DNA of 64,000 bases from an uncultured Solirubrobacterales bacterium (GCA_963842995.1 CAWJIO010000011.1:517255-581254), one strand, 5' to 3'; shown: positions 9,860 through 21,286, counted from the first letter of the stretch. Program-made: numbers and translations. Notes: generated by a model not told the origin, from the letters alone.

Positions 9860-11123
9860 TCACCAGGCAGCCAGTTCTCCGCGCCGGTAGGGCAGGAATC
9901 GTTGCCCGCGACGAGCTGTTCGAGCGTCTCGCGGACGCTGGTCGGGTAACGATCGTCTCGGCGCCGGCCGGAAGCGGGAAGACGCTTCTGCTGAGATCGT
10001 GGATCGGCGAGGCCGGCCTGAGCGACAGCACCGCGTGGGTTTCCCTCGGGCGACACAAGCCCGATCCGGAGCGTTTCTGGATCTCGGTGCTTGACGCGCT
10101 GCGAACCACAGCCGCGGGTTCGGCCGTGATCCGGGAGCTCACACCGGCTCCCGGTCTCGATGGCGAGGCGATCGTCGAGCGGCTGCTTGAGGATCTGGGA
10201 TCGCTCGAGGATCCGCTCTGGCTTGTGGTCGACGACGCGCACGAGCTGGGGGCGAGCGATGCACTGCGCGAGCTGGCGTTGTTTGCGATGCGCGCCCCGG
10301 CGAAGCTTCGCGTGGTGCTCGTGACCCGGCGGGATCTGCGCCTCGGTCTTCACCGCTTGCGTCTGGAAGGTGACCTGACGGAGATCCGTGCCGACGAGCT
10401 TGGCTTTTCGCTGGAGGAGGCGCGGGCGTTGTTCGAAGCGGCGGGAACGCCGCTCCCCGATTCGGCGCTGGCGTTGCTGCACGCGCGGACCGAAGGGTGG
10501 GCTGCGGGGCTGAGGCTCGCCGCCCTATCGCTGGCCGGGCGGGACGATCCGGAGCGGTTCGCAGCCGAGTTCTCCGGCACCGAACGCACGGTCGCCGAGT
10601 GCCTGCGGTCATCGACGGTTCCTTGGGGGTCGTTCATCCGGCGAGGCTGGTCGAGGTGCTGCTGCTCGAGGCAGTCGCGCGCGATGCGCTCGGAGACGCG
10701 GGCGCAAGCGGCCGGGCTCTCGAGCAGGCGCTCGAGCTGGCGGAAAGCGATGGCCTCGTCTTGCCGTTCTTCCTCACGCCCGCTCCGGAGCTGCTCGAGC
10801 GCCATCGGCGGCAGCGCACCGCTCATGCCGCGCTCGTCTCAGAGATCATGAGCCTCCTGGCCGGCAAACCACCCAAATCTCCCGCCGGCGATCTGGAGCC
10901 GCTGCCCGAGCCGCTTTCGGAGAGCGAGGTTCGCGTGCTGCGCTACCTGCCGACGAACCTTTCGGCGCCCGACATCGCGGGTGAGCTATATCTCGGCCTG
11001 AGCACGGTCAAGACGCACATCCACCACATCTACGCAAAGCTCGGCGTGCACCGGCGGGCCGAGGCCGTGGAGCGGGCTCGGTCGCTCGGCCTGCTCGCCC
11101 CGGCTTCGCTCACCCATCGATAG
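9860..11123 (+). pseudogene. MalT/LAL-type ATPase-LuxR regulator with a large internal deletion
   Basis: APAGSGKT Walker A, LVVDDAH, TEGWAAGLRL; out-of-frame join near 10605 to the LuxR HTH (LSESEVRVLRYL...TVKTHIHHIYAKLG). Confidence 0.85.
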
Positions 11124-11361
11124 GCGTCCCGTTCGGGCTGTCGGGGAGCCGGCGGACCTCGAGCAGCTCCAGCCCAAGTGACTCGATCTGAGCCAGCACG
11201 CCGTGCAACGCCGACTGGTCGGGCAGCGCGCCGCCGAGCACCGTGTCGCAGCCGCGCGTCGCGACCTCCAGGTCGGCAAACGCGTGCCGCATCGTGTTCC
11301 CGAGGTGACCGCGAACGCGGATCTCATAGCGCCGTGTCGGCCGCATCCGCCAAAGGCTCAC
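11110..11361 (-). CDS. Small conserved actinobacterial protein (ACT-like), often next to LuxR/MalT genes
   Basis: YEIRVRGHLG...DQSALHGVLAQIESLGLELLEVRR. Confidence 0.8.
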   Translation of the reverse strand: MSLWRMRPTRRYEIRVRGHLGNTMRHAFADLEVATRGCDTVLGGALPDQSALHGVLAQIESLGLELLEVRRLPDSPNGTPIDG

Positions 11362-11529
11362 ACGGAACCGATGGAGCGGCCATCGACCGAATCGATTGAT
11401 CCGCTCCGGCCACCGCGGCCTACCCCCAGTTCATTCGAACCGGTTGATGAGCGCTCCACCCCCCTGGAGGGACCGTGACGCTCGACACCGACCCGGTTTC
11501 AAAACGGACCGGAACAGAAGGAGGCGTTG

Positions 11530-11640
11530 ATGCCCAGACACATCAAGCTCAGGCGCAGATGGCAGCACTTTAAGAAGGCTGCGAGCAGCTACCTCCCGAT
11601 CGCCGAGCACGGCATCGTCGGCGATCCGCGCAGCGCAGGA
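11530..11640 (+). pseudogene. N-terminal stub resembling glycoside hydrolase family 15
   Basis: GGAGG RBS; YLPIAEHGIVGD motif, after which similarity is lost. Confidence 0.45.
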
Positions 11641-12111
11641 CCCGTCGATCCTGCGCGGGACGTCATCAGCCGCCGAAACGGCTCGGCGCTCATAGCGCGA
11701 ACGGCGACACACCCTCAGGTGGCGAACAGGAGCTGCGCGCCCGCGCGCGGGTTGAGACTCACTTTCGCTACCGCACGGGCATCAGGCGCGCGACGTCGCG
11801 GCTGGTTGTGCCGAGGCTGGTGCCTTACCAAGGCCGCCCATCTGGACGGGCCGATTCTGGCCTGTCGGGACTTCTGCTCTGGGGGTGCCAAGCGAGTTCG
11901 GTGCGGCCGGGGGATCACAGTGGCGGGAACGCCCGAGCAAGGAACGCTCGTCAAGCGTGCGGGGGGTGCTGGGATGCGTCCGGCGGCCGCTATCGGCGCG
12001 AGTAGCTCGTGCTCGGGCACAATCCAGCTGGTGATGGTTCGATGAGTGGGATGACCAAGCGCGCCGGCTGGGTCGGAAAGGATTTGGGGTGCCGGTGGGC
12101 ATGTAGCGGTT

Positions 12112-12642
12112 GTGGTGCCCGCTGATCGTCGTGAGGAGTGCCGCGAGGAGAGGTTCAACGCACTCTACCTCCAGCATTACCGCGCGATTTATGCCTACGT
12201 CCATCGGCGGCTGGTGGGTCTTGGGGCGGAGGTGACCGACGTCGTGGCGGATGTCTTCTCGGTCGCGTGGCGGCGGCTTGATGAGGTCCCGGACGCGCCG
12301 GAGGACAGGCTTTGGCTCTACGGCGTTGCGCGACGGTGCGTGGCGCGCGCGCGCCGATCCGGCTGGCGAAGGCGCCGGCTCCAGGCCAGGCTCTCCCATG
12401 AGGCCCGCGCCACCACCAACGGGCGGAGCGAGGATGCGCAGGTCTCACTCGTGCGCGACGCGATGGAGCGCCTTCGTCCCGTCGACCGCGAAGTGCTGCA
12501 GCTCGTGATGTGGGACGGGCTCACGCACACGGAGTGCGCGCTAGTGCTCGGCTGCTCGACCAACGCTGTCGCGGTCAGGATGCACAAGGCGAGGAAGCGC
12601 TTACAGGCAGAGCTGGAGCGCGGCGATGTGAGCACGCTCTAA
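12112..12642 (+). CDS. ECF sigma-70 factor
   Basis: DVVADVFSVAWRR, LWLYGVARR; region 4 DREVLQLVMWDGLTHTECALVLGCSTNAVAVRMHKAR. Confidence 0.92.
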   Translation: MVPADRREECREERFNALYLQHYRAIYAYVHRRLVGLGAEVTDVVADVFSVAWRRLDEVPDAPEDRLWLYGVARRCVARARRSGWRRRRLQARLSHEARATTNGRSEDAQVSLVRDAMERLRPVDREVLQLVMWDGLTHTECALVLGCSTNAVAVRMHKARKRLQAELERGDVSTL

Positions 12643-12675
12643 CCGCGGCACCGAACTCAGAACAGGAGCTGAGCG

Positions 12676-14034
12676 ATGATCGATCTTGACACCTTGATTC
12701 GCGAGGCGGACCCGGCGCGCGATCTGGCCGTCCCCGAGGTAAATCCCGCGGAGATCCGGCGGCTCTCGGGGCGCCCGCCGCGGTCATGGCGGAAGCTGAT
12801 CGACGCGGCCGCGGGTGGAGCGGCGGTAGCGGTGGCGCTAGGCGTCGCACTGATCGTTCTGCTCGCAGGTGGGCAGAACCGGGCATCGCTGAAGACCAGC
12901 GGCAACTCGACAATCCCTGCGGCTGCTCGGCCGCTTACGCGAATGCTTGCCGTGCTCCGACGGCCTGAGACCCCCGCGGACCGAGCCGTGGAGTCGGTGC
13001 TTCGCGGACAGAACGTTGAACTCAGTCTGGTCAGGCTGGCTGCGGTCACCCCGTGGGGCGAGCAGGTGGTCCTCGCTCCCGAGCAGGGCCACCCCTACGA
13101 CACGCTGGGCATCTACGTTATGTCTAGTTCCGGGTCCGTCGGTAGCCGCGCGACCGCGAATCAGATCGAGGCAGGGCACGCATGGACGGGCGAGGGACCA
13201 GGAGGCGGGCCATCGGGCCGCTGGCTTCGCCTCATCGTGGTGGTCCCCGACGGCGTCGCCAAGGTCGCCTTCTTGCTGGAACCCGAGCGACATTTCGGCT
13301 TCGTGTCCGGCTGGACTGGCTACGCACCGCTGCACTCATCAACGGTGACGGTCCCGGTTCACAACAACATCGCGTTCGTCCAGGTGAAGCAGTACTGCTG
13401 TGGCGAGTTGCCGGTCATGCGGTGGTACGCGCGCGACGGCCGGCTGATGAAGGTGACCGGCAAACCCACCGGCGCTGTCGTGAAGCCATCTGCCCCTGGT
13501 GGCCCTGCGATCAACCTGCCGCCAGGCGTGGTCACGGTCGCGCGGCTCCGAGAGCCAGACGGCACGCCTTTCTCGCTGACGCTTCAGCGGATCCGCTTCG
13601 AAGGCCGACAGTACGTCTGCCTCGCGGTCACCCAAGGACCGGGTACTGCTTCGCGGTGCGAGGGGCCGCTGCCGCTGCCCGACCGGCCGCTCGTGGAGGT
13701 GATCGGCGATCCGACCGCCTGCAAACCGCACCCGGCTCAGCTTGTGTGGGGGCTCGCGCTCACGAACGTCAGCGTCGCGCTCGACTCCGGAGGGCGCGAG
13801 CACGTCGCCACGCGACGGTCCATTCCCGCGGAGTTGAGAGCGCGAGGAAACGTGTTCTACGTGTGGGCGCACTCGGCTCAAGATTCGCTCGTGGCACGGA
13901 ATGCGAATGGCAGGGCTGTCGAGACTTACCCGATCAACACCGCGAGCATGCCCGTGTTCGCCACGCTGTGCAAACACCAGCCAGCGAGCAGCCAGGGGCC
14001 GACGCTTCCGCAGATCCAGACCAACCAGCCGTAG
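12676..14034 (+). CDS. Single-pass membrane protein, probable anti-sigma factor
   Basis: Directly after the ECF gene; LIREADPA N-terminus, one TM helix, large extracytoplasmic beta-rich region. Confidence 0.7.
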   Translation: MIDLDTLIREADPARDLAVPEVNPAEIRRLSGRPPRSWRKLIDAAAGGAAVAVALGVALIVLLAGGQNRASLKTSGNSTIPAAARPLTRMLAVLRRPETPADRAVESVLRGQNVELSLVRLAAVTPWGEQVVLAPEQGHPYDTLGIYVMSSSGSVGSRATANQIEAGHAWTGEGPGGGPSGRWLRLIVVVPDGVAKVAFLLEPERHFGFVSGWTGYAPLHSSTVTVPVHNNIAFVQVKQYCCGELPVMRWYARDGRLMKVTGKPTGAVVKPSAPGGPAINLPPGVVTVARLREPDGTPFSLTLQRIRFEGRQYVCLAVTQGPGTASRCEGPLPLPDRPLVEVIGDPTACKPHPAQLVWGLALTNVSVALDSGGREHVATRRSIPAELRARGNVFYVWAHSAQDSLVARNANGRAVETYPINTASMPVFATLCKHQPASSQGPTLPQIQTNQP

Positions 14035-14377
14035 GCACCTTCTGGCGGTACGTCGCCGGGCCGCTCATGCCAGCGTCGGCTACCGCCTCTGCGTAGGGCC
14101 AAACGCTCGGCAATCGCTGCTGCTTGGTCCCAGCCGGGTCAGGTGAGTGGGCGAGTCGGCGTCGCTTAATCTGGATGATTCTCCGCATCCGGGAACGGAT
14201 TGACGATGGGTTGTGCTCGGGAGATCGCAACCCAATGCTAGGTGCCGATGCTCAATGGTTTCTCAACTGGGGGTCACGTCTGGCCTGCCATCAATCAGGC
14301 GTCGCCTGCCGAGGCCGAGTTGTTGCCCGCCCCGCTGATAGACGCCCCCCGAGCGCGGCAATCGCGGCTCGGCGCGT

Positions 14378-15484
14378 TCAACACGCTGCCAGAAGGAGCG
14401 CGTGCACGCGCTGCTCGATCTTGAGCCGGACCGCGTCGCCCTCGATGTCCGTCGGCAGCTCCAGGACGACGTCGTCACCGGCCAGTTCGATCTCCAGTGT
14501 GAACGCGACCGGCCGCGCCGCCTCGGGAAGCTCAATGACCTGGTCGCTCTCGAAGAGCGTGATCACGCGTGGGTCGATGTAGCTGGCGCGGGCGACTGCC
14601 GGTGTATTGCCAAGCGCGGAGCTCACCTCGCGCACTGCCCGGCTGACTGCCCTCGGGCCACGTTTGCCGGCTTTGTGCTCGCGCGCCAGAGCGACAGCGG
14701 CGAGCACGGTCGCCGACCAGGTGCGGAACTCCTTGGCCGAGTACGGGCCCTCCCCCCAGGTGCGCAGCGCGTTGTTCACGTCGGGAGCGTGGATCCGTTG
14801 CCAGCCGTGCTCCGATCGATACACCAGGAGCTCATCCGGTACGCCGCGACGGTGCCTGAGCTCGGCGAGCGCAGCGACCGACTGCGGATCGCGCACCGTC
14901 ATCCGGCGACGCTTGCCTGACTTCGCGACGAAGTCGAAATGAACCTCAGGCCCTCGCAGCGTCACGTTCTCGCGCCGGAGCGTGGTGAGGCCAACGTGGC
15001 CGTTGTCGCGAGCGTAGCGGTCCCAGCCGACCCTGAACAAGCCGATGTCGAGCAATCGGATCGCCAGAGCGAGCGTCCGATCACGCTCGCCATAGAGCGC
15101 ACCGAGTAGGCTCCTCGTGGTGGCTCGGATTCGCGGGAGCTTGCCCGCGAACTCGAGCATGTCGTCGTATTTCTCGTGGTCTCGCCGCACACGCCACAGC
15201 GGGTGATACAGGTACTGTCGGCGCCCTTTGGAATCGAGGCCGGTGGCCTGCAGGTGCGCGTTCGGGGAGCCGGCTATCCAAACGTGCGTCCAAGCCGGGG
15301 GGATCCGCAGTGCACGAATCCGCTCCAACGTCTCGGTGTCCGTTACAGGCTCCCCAAGCGGGTCGAGAATTACCCACTCCCCGCGGCGGCACTCGCGGCG
15401 CAGACCAGGCTCGCCTCCGTGGACGTACACAAGCTGGTCGAGCTCTGCCGACGTGGATCGATCAGACGCAAATGCACTCGTCAC
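14378..15484 (-). CDS. DNA topoisomerase IB (bacterial, poxvirus-like)
   Basis: IPPAWTHVWI, GLDSKGRRQYLYH, FRVG, AKEFRTW, LGNTPAVARASYIDP with catalytic Tyr. Confidence 0.95.
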   Translation of the reverse strand: MTSAFASDRSTSAELDQLVYVHGGEPGLRRECRRGEWVILDPLGEPVTDTETLERIRALRIPPAWTHVWIAGSPNAHLQATGLDSKGRRQYLYHPLWRVRRDHEKYDDMLEFAGKLPRIRATTRSLLGALYGERDRTLALAIRLLDIGLFRVGWDRYARDNGHVGLTTLRRENVTLRGPEVHFDFVAKSGKRRRMTVRDPQSVAALAELRHRRGVPDELLVYRSEHGWQRIHAPDVNNALRTWGEGPYSAKEFRTWSATVLAAVALAREHKAGKRGPRAVSRAVREVSSALGNTPAVARASYIDPRVITLFESDQVIELPEAARPVAFTLEIELAGDDVVLELPTDIEGDAVRLKIEQRVHALLLAAC

Positions 15485-16205
15485 TAGCCACTTCTTTGTA
15501 CACCGTCAACGAGCAGCCGGCCAGGCTCGATCCTCGACGCGGTAGTCGCCGCGCGGCTGGCATCGCGCAAAGACACTGGCTTGCGTGCGCGGAGTCGTTG
15601 GCCCGGTCTCAGCTCGCATCGCCGCGGACGATTGCCTTTTCAGTCCGACGTCGCCGAGCTCGCGATCGCGTTGGCGACTTTGTGCAGGTCGTGATCCAGC
15701 CGCCGGCGTCTCGGCGGGACTCCGCATTGCCGAGTCAGCACAGATATCCCAAAAAACTGAGCACCGATCCGACTTCTCCTGACGCCCGATCTAGTTCGTC
15801 CCGCCTCGTCTGTCCGCATGATCGCTTTCGCCTTGTGACCGGCTCATGTTGCTCGATCGCATTGGCGACGTCCCGCGCCGTATGGCTGTGCTGGGTAGAC
15901 CCAGTGCGGCCACGACTACACCGATGGGCGGGGCGACCCAGACGACCGAGAACGGGACGATGATCGCGTCGTTCGTCGTCCAGAGGAGGACGTCATGGAA
16001 TCCCTATCGCTGCTGGACTGCGCCGGGCGGCGCCGCTCGCCCGCGACCACGTCCAGCTTCCACCCAAGTCTCCCGCCGCCCAACAAACGCCGAGGATGTC
16101 GGACCCCAGCAGCTGCGGGGCACCGTTCGCCGCTCCGCGTGCCTTCGAGTCGTCCGGTGAGTGCGCGGAAACCCTAACCGCGGGCTCACGTTCGGTGCGC
16201 GCGGA

Positions 16206-16973
16206 TCAGCGCAGCGCCGCGACGTCGGTGTCGGTCAGCTCCACGTCGGCCGCGGCGAGGTTCGCCCGCAGGTGCTCGAGCGAGAGCGTGCCCGGGATCG
16301 GCAGGGTCGTCGGCGAGCGGCGCAGCAGCCAGGCGAGCGCGACCTGCTCCGGCGTGGCGGCGTGGCGGGCTGCGATCTCCGCGAGCGCCGGCGAGCCGCC
16401 GCCGCGCAGCGGGAAGTAGGCAACGAACGGGATGCCTTCGCTGGCGCAGTAGTCGACGACCCCCTCGTGCTTTCGTTCGCTGAGGCTGTAGTGGTTCTGG
16501 ACGGCAGCGATCGGCACCACCTGGCGAGCCGCGCGGACCTGCTCGACGCTCACCTCGGAGATGCCGACGTTGCGGATCCTGCCTTGGTCGCGATACTCGG
16601 CGATCACGCCGAGGCTCTTCTCCAGCGGCGTCTCCGGGTCGACGCGGTGAAGGTAGTAGAGAGGGATCGCCTCGGTCCGCAGTCGCCGAAGGCTCTCTTC
16701 GATCTGCGAGCGAAGCACCTCCGGGCGCCCCTCGCCCCGGCGGTAGCCACCCTTCGTCGCGACGACCACGCCCTCGGGGATCGGATTCAGCGCCGCGCCG
16801 ATCGTCTCCTCGCTCTCCCCGCGCGTGTACAGGTAGGCCGTGTCGATGTGGCTGACGCCTGCCTCGACCGCGTCGCGAATGAACGTGACGTTCTCGCGAG
16901 TGTTCTCGAGCCGGTTGGTGCCGAGGCCAATCCTTCCAACCTCGCCGCCGCCGAGCCGCAACGTCTTGGTCAC
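16206..16973 (-). CDS. Aldo/keto reductase
   Basis: IDTAYLY, VATKGG, YYLHRVDP, PIPGT. Confidence 0.93.
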   Translation of the reverse strand: MTKTLRLGGGEVGRIGLGTNRLENTRENVTFIRDAVEAGVSHIDTAYLYTRGESEETIGAALNPIPEGVVVATKGGYRRGEGRPEVLRSQIEESLRRLRTEAIPLYYLHRVDPETPLEKSLGVIAEYRDQGRIRNVGISEVSVEQVRAARQVVPIAAVQNHYSLSERKHEGVVDYCASEGIPFVAYFPLRGGGSPALAEIAARHAATPEQVALAWLLRRSPTTLPIPGTLSLEHLRANLAAADVELTDTDVAALR

Positions 16974-17475
16974 TATCGCGCCCCCACGACGAAACCGACC
17001 ACCCGCCCCCACGCGCCGCCGATCCGAACGCCGCCCTCGACCCCCTCGCGCTGCGCCGGGCCGCCACACGAGAGCGCGCCCCTGCAGCCCGGCCCGGCCC
17101 CGCGCGCGCGATCGGCGGCGAGCTCGACTCCGTGGCAACCGGCATCCGGCAGACAGACCGCCCGATAGCCGCCGTGGTCAGGCATGCCCGCACACCTACC
17201 CGCGACTCGATAACTCAAACCACTGCGCGCGCGAGCTCCGCCGCAGCGGGTAGAGCAGCGGGTAGTCGTAGAGGCCGGTGTGGCGACCGGCGACGAGCGC
17301 CTCCCGGTCCTCATCCAAGAGCCGTAGGCGCCGCCGTGACCTGCAACGCGGTCGTTAGGGGCTGCAAGGGTGATTGTCAGGAACAATCGGCCGAATCGCC
17401 GGCATCCTGGCCCGGCCGGCGAAGCGCCATCCACGCCGTATCAGACAGGCAGCCCATGCCAAAGGAGATGCCGAC

Positions 17476-17926
17476 ATGCCAAGCCAGGCAATGCAGGACT
17501 TGATCGACGCCTTCAGGGATCGGCAGAAGGCCAGTGCCAGCCAGGCCTCGCCGACGCTGGAAGAGCGCCGCGCCGCCTTCGCCCCCGGTGGACGCCTTCA
17601 TCCGGTGCCTGACGACGTGCTGGTGAGCGAGGTGACCGCTGGCGGGGTGCCAGCCCACTGGCTTGCCGCCCCGGGAGCGGAAGCCGGCCGGGTGCTCCTC
17701 TTCCTGCACGGCGGAGGTTACGAGCTCGGGTCGATTCGCAGCGACGGCGAGCTGGCCGCCCGGCTGGGACGGGCCAACGGGATGCGGGTGCTGGTCCCTG
17801 AATATCGCCTGGCCCCCGAGCATCCCTTCCCCGCTGCCATCGACGACGTCCTGGCAAGGGGGAACCCGCAAGGCAGCCGACGCCACCGGGCAGATCGGAA
17901 AGTTCCTGCGCGCCCGGGTTCGCTAA
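17476..17926 (+). pseudogene. HSL-family esterase with an internal deletion
   Basis: FLHGGGY, EYRLAPEHPFPAAIDDV; the GDSAG region is absent; C-terminal AADATGQIGKFLRARVR is in another frame. Confidence 0.85.
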
Positions 17927-18054
17927 CCAGACAGCCCATAACCGCGCCCAGACGACAAGCCGACAGCTGAGATCCGCTGAAGAAGCGCCGAGCGTGAGGA
18001 TGAGGCGCGGATGCCCCGGTCGATGTCGTCCGTCGACCCGACGGCTGCATCGGC

Positions 18055-18462
18055 TTATTGCTCGTGGGCCGGAATCGGCTCAGCTAGCGCAGCGCGCCCG
18101 GGAGCCGCGGGGAAGGGGTCGGCGAAGTACTGCGTCTCGTGCGTTACGACGCCGTCGGTGATCTCCATGATGCTGATCGAGTGTGTGGGCACGCCGTCAT
18201 AGGTAATCACAACCTCGCTCACCCAAAGGTCGCCGCCACCCAGGATCCGGCGGATGGTGAAGTGGCGTTCGGCCGGGTGCCCGCCGCGTTGCGCTTGGAT
18301 CGTTGACCGGCCTCTGAAGCGCTCGCCGGACTGGGGGTAGTCCAGGATCGCGTCGGCAGCGTAGATCGCGTGCTCGGCGTCGAGGTCCCCGCGTTCGGAC
18401 GCCTCCCAGTGCTCCTGGATCCGAGCCCGGATGTCGGCGTCACGATCAATTACGGTGTTCAT
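18055..18462 (-). CDS. NTF2/SnoaL-like protein
   Basis: IYAADAILDYPQSGERFRGR...ETQYFADPF. Confidence 0.9.
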   Translation of the reverse strand: MNTVIDRDADIRARIQEHWEASERGDLDAEHAIYAADAILDYPQSGERFRGRSTIQAQRGGHPAERHFTIRRILGGGDLWVSEVVITYDGVPTHSISIMEITDGVVTHETQYFADPFPAAPGRAALAEPIPAHEQ

Positions 18463-18626
18463 CGTTACCTCCGATGTTGCGTTGGAATAGCGCTGGCCGG
18501 GTCAGTGTCCTTGAGCCGCGAGCTTGGCTGTGGCGGCCGGTTCAAGTTCCTTGCGCGTCGTAACTTCGGACCGCGGAGTTCCCTTAGGAACGTTGATCTC
18601 GAACTTGACAAGGAAATCCATCGGGC

Positions 18627-19385
18627 TCACCCGACCAATTGCTCGCCGCCGTCGATGGTGTAGGTCGCTCCGGTCAAGGCCGTGTTGGTCATGATGTGGA
18701 CGGCGAGCGCGGCGACGTCGGCCGGTTCGACGACGCGTCTGATTGGGAGCGTGGCGCGCAGTTGATCGCGCCGCTTTTCGAGGTCACTGCCGAGCAGCGA
18801 TGCCGACAACGGCGTGTCGATGAAGCCGGCGGCGATCAGGTTGACGCGGACCGGCGCGAGCTCCAGTGCCAGGTTGGCTATTAGCGCGGGAAGTGCGGCG
18901 GCTACCGTCAATACGCTCCCGCTGCCGACGCTCGGGTGGCCGGCTTCGGCGCTCATGAACAGCAGCGTCCCTCCCGGCCTGACCCTGTCGGCAGCGTTGC
19001 GGGCGGTTTCGACGGCGAGCAGCAGGCGGTCGCTGAGGGCGTGGCGCAGCTCGTCTGACTTCGTCTCGAGCAGACGTCCGTAGTGCGGACGGCCGGCGGT
19101 AACCATTACATGCTCGATCGGCTTCGGTAGGTTCGCGAAGAACCGCTCAAGCGCCGCCGGATCGGTGGCGTCGAACGCGGCAGTGCTGAGCGCGTCGAGA
19201 TCGAGCGCCGCACGCTGCAGGGCGTCGTCGGAGTGGAGGCCGGTGAGGATCACGTCGGCGCCTTCGGCGCGGGCGCGTCGGGCTGTCTCTAGCCCGATGC
19301 CCGAGCTGCCGCCAATCACGACGACGGTCTGCCCAACCAGCGCAGGCTCGCGTTCGGTGGGGGCGCCTGTGGTTGCGGTGGTCAT
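18627..19385 (-). CDS. Short-chain dehydrogenase/reductase
   Basis: IGGSSGIG, VRVNLIAAGFIDT, TGATYTIDGG. Confidence 0.92.
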   Translation of the reverse strand: MTTATTGAPTEREPALVGQTVVVIGGSSGIGLETARRARAEGADVILTGLHSDDALQRAALDLDALSTAAFDATDPAALERFFANLPKPIEHVMVTAGRPHYGRLLETKSDELRHALSDRLLLAVETARNAADRVRPGGTLLFMSAEAGHPSVGSGSVLTVAAALPALIANLALELAPVRVNLIAAGFIDTPLSASLLGSDLEKRRDQLRATLPIRRVVEPADVAALAVHIMTNTALTGATYTIDGGEQLVG

Positions 19386-19524
19386 GGTTCCTCCTATGGT
19401 TGAGATCGATCAGCGGTCACGGCAGCGGCGGGTCTGGCACGGGCACGGCGCAGCCATGGTCTGGAGCGTGCCGCGCGGCCCGGGGACCGGGTCGTGGGCC
19501 CTGAACGGCGGGGCTTGCCTGGCG

Positions 19525-20127
19525 TTACGATGCATAGGACGACGGCTTCGACTGAGGGGCGCGCTTGTTCCATCCGTGAAATGGCGAGTAGTCGCCCGCG
19601 TCCCACGCTTCGCGCAGCCCGGGCTTGCTGAGATCCCAGTCAGGGCGGATCTCGCGGGTCACGGTCCGTAGGTCGTGCGAGAGATCCGCGAACGAGGGAC
19701 GTCCCCAGAACCAGTACCCGTTGTAGATGCTGTGGATGACCAGCCCGGGCTTGAGCACGAGGGTGTGGGGGATCATCGGGTCGTGCTCGGGGTCGGTGTA
19801 CTCCTGGATCTCGAGGTCCTTCTGGACGGTCCGGTCCGGGTCAGACAGGAACGGCCACTGGGCGCCGATCGACGCGCGGAACTCCTGGCTGGAGTGATGG
19901 GTGTCGGTCGAGATCGTGGCGATCTTCGTGTAGGCCACCGCGATCTTCGGATAGTTGGCGGCGAGCTCGAGGTGCTGCTGGTGCTCCTTGGGGCAGTAGT
20001 TCCCGCGCGCGAGCGTGAGGATCAGGGGGTCCTCGCCCTGGATCTCGCTGAGCTTTCGAGGAAGGTTCTCGTGATCGGGCAACTCGTAGTCGGGGAACGT
20101 GCCGCCCGGGGTGATGTCGCTGCGCAT
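19525..20127 (-). CDS. Redoxin/peroxiredoxin-like protein
   Basis: FPDYELPD, RGNYCPKE, FLSDP, YNGYWFWGRP. Confidence 0.88.
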   Translation of the reverse strand: MRSDITPGGTFPDYELPDHENLPRKLSEIQGEDPLILTLARGNYCPKEHQQHLELAANYPKIAVAYTKIATISTDTHHSSQEFRASIGAQWPFLSDPDRTVQKDLEIQEYTDPEHDPMIPHTLVLKPGLVIHSIYNGYWFWGRPSFADLSHDLRTVTREIRPDWDLSKPGLREAWDAGDYSPFHGWNKRAPQSKPSSYAS

Positions 20128-20329
20128 GATCTGCTCCTGTCCACGGTTGAGGAGTGACGAGTACGATGGCCGCCGTCCCGTCCACTCGCGCCCGGTGGTC
20201 CGCGGGTCCGGACCCCCGGTCCGCGGCACGGCTGCGGACCAGTGCTAACCCGGGCGCCGTCGGAGCCTTTCGGGTCCACACTGAGCCTAGTCAACCGGCG
20301 CCGCGGGCGCCCGAAAGGAGGCCATCCCA

Positions 20330-21286
20330 ATGAGTAGCCACACGCCGGTATGCGAGTTGCTGGGGATTGAACACCCGATCGTCCAGGCGCCCATGGCTTC
20401 AGATCCCCGCCTGCCCGCCGCGGTCTCAAATGCCGGCGCGCTCGGCAGCGTGGCGCTGTGGTGGGCCGACGACGCCGGAGACCTGGTTCGTGAAACGGCA
20501 GCGCTCACCGACCGGCCGTTTGCCGGCAATTTTGTTCTCACCTCGGATCAGCACCGCCGACTCGATCAGGCGCTTGCCGCTGGTCTGCGGATCGTGTCGC
20601 TGCTCTGGGGCGATCCCGACAGCTATGTCGACCCGGTGCACGACGCCGGAGCGCTTCTCATGCACACGGTCGGGAGCGCGCAGGAAGCGCGGCGCGCAGC
20701 CGGCTCTGGAGTGGACATCGTCGTCGCGCAGGGCTGGGAGGCCGGCGGGCACGTATGGGGTGGCGTGGCAACGCTCCCATTGGTGCCGGCGGTAGTCGAC
20801 GCGGTGGCACCCCTACCGGTCATCGCGGCCGGGGGGATCGGCGACGCGCGAGGAGTCGCGGCCGTGCTCGCGCTCGGCGCGCAGGCCGCCTGGCTGGGCA
20901 CCCGGTTCCTCTTAGCCGACGAGATGCCGATCCACGAGGAGTACCGGCGCCACCTGATCGCCGCGACCGAGACCGACGCCGAGTGGTACCCCGACCTCTA
21001 TGCGGTGGGATGGCCAGACTCTCCCCACCGCGCCATCCACAACTCAACAGCCCAGATATGGGAGGCCGCGGGCCGGCCGCCGCTGGGTAGTCGACCGGGA
21101 GAAGGCCAGGTGATAGCGCACTTCGTTTCGGGCGACCCGATCCTTCGATATTCCCCCGCGCCCCCAATGGTCGGAACAACCGGCGAGATCGAGGCGCTAT
21201 CGCTGTGGGCCGGACAGAGCGTCGCGCTCGCCAAACAGCCACAGCCCGCCGCGGAGATCGTGGCCGAACTCGTCTCACGCTTGTAG
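20330..21286 (+). CDS. Nitronate monooxygenase family protein
   Basis: PIVQAPM, AQGWEAGGH, IAAGGIGD, GTRF, WAGQ. Confidence 0.93.
   Translation: MSSHTPVCELLGIEHPIVQAPMASDPRLPAAVSNAGALGSVALWWADDAGDLVRETAALTDRPFAGNFVLTSDQHRRLDQALAAGLRIVSLLWGDPDSYVDPVHDAGALLMHTVGSAQEARRAAGSGVDIVVAQGWEAGGHVWGGVATLPLVPAVVDAVAPLPVIAAGGIGDARGVAAVLALGAQAAWLGTRFLLADEMPIHEEYRRHLIAATETDAEWYPDLYAVGWPDSPHRAIHNSTAQIWEAAGRPPLGSRPGEGQVIAHFVSGDPILRYSPAPPMVGTTGEIEALSLWAGQSVALAKQPQPAAEIVAELVSRL

Noticed and set aside
11915..11930. CCCGCCACTGTGA on the minus strand, resembling a cobalamin riboswitch core
   Set aside because: The upstream GGGAA/GGTG elements are not visible and no B12-related gene follows
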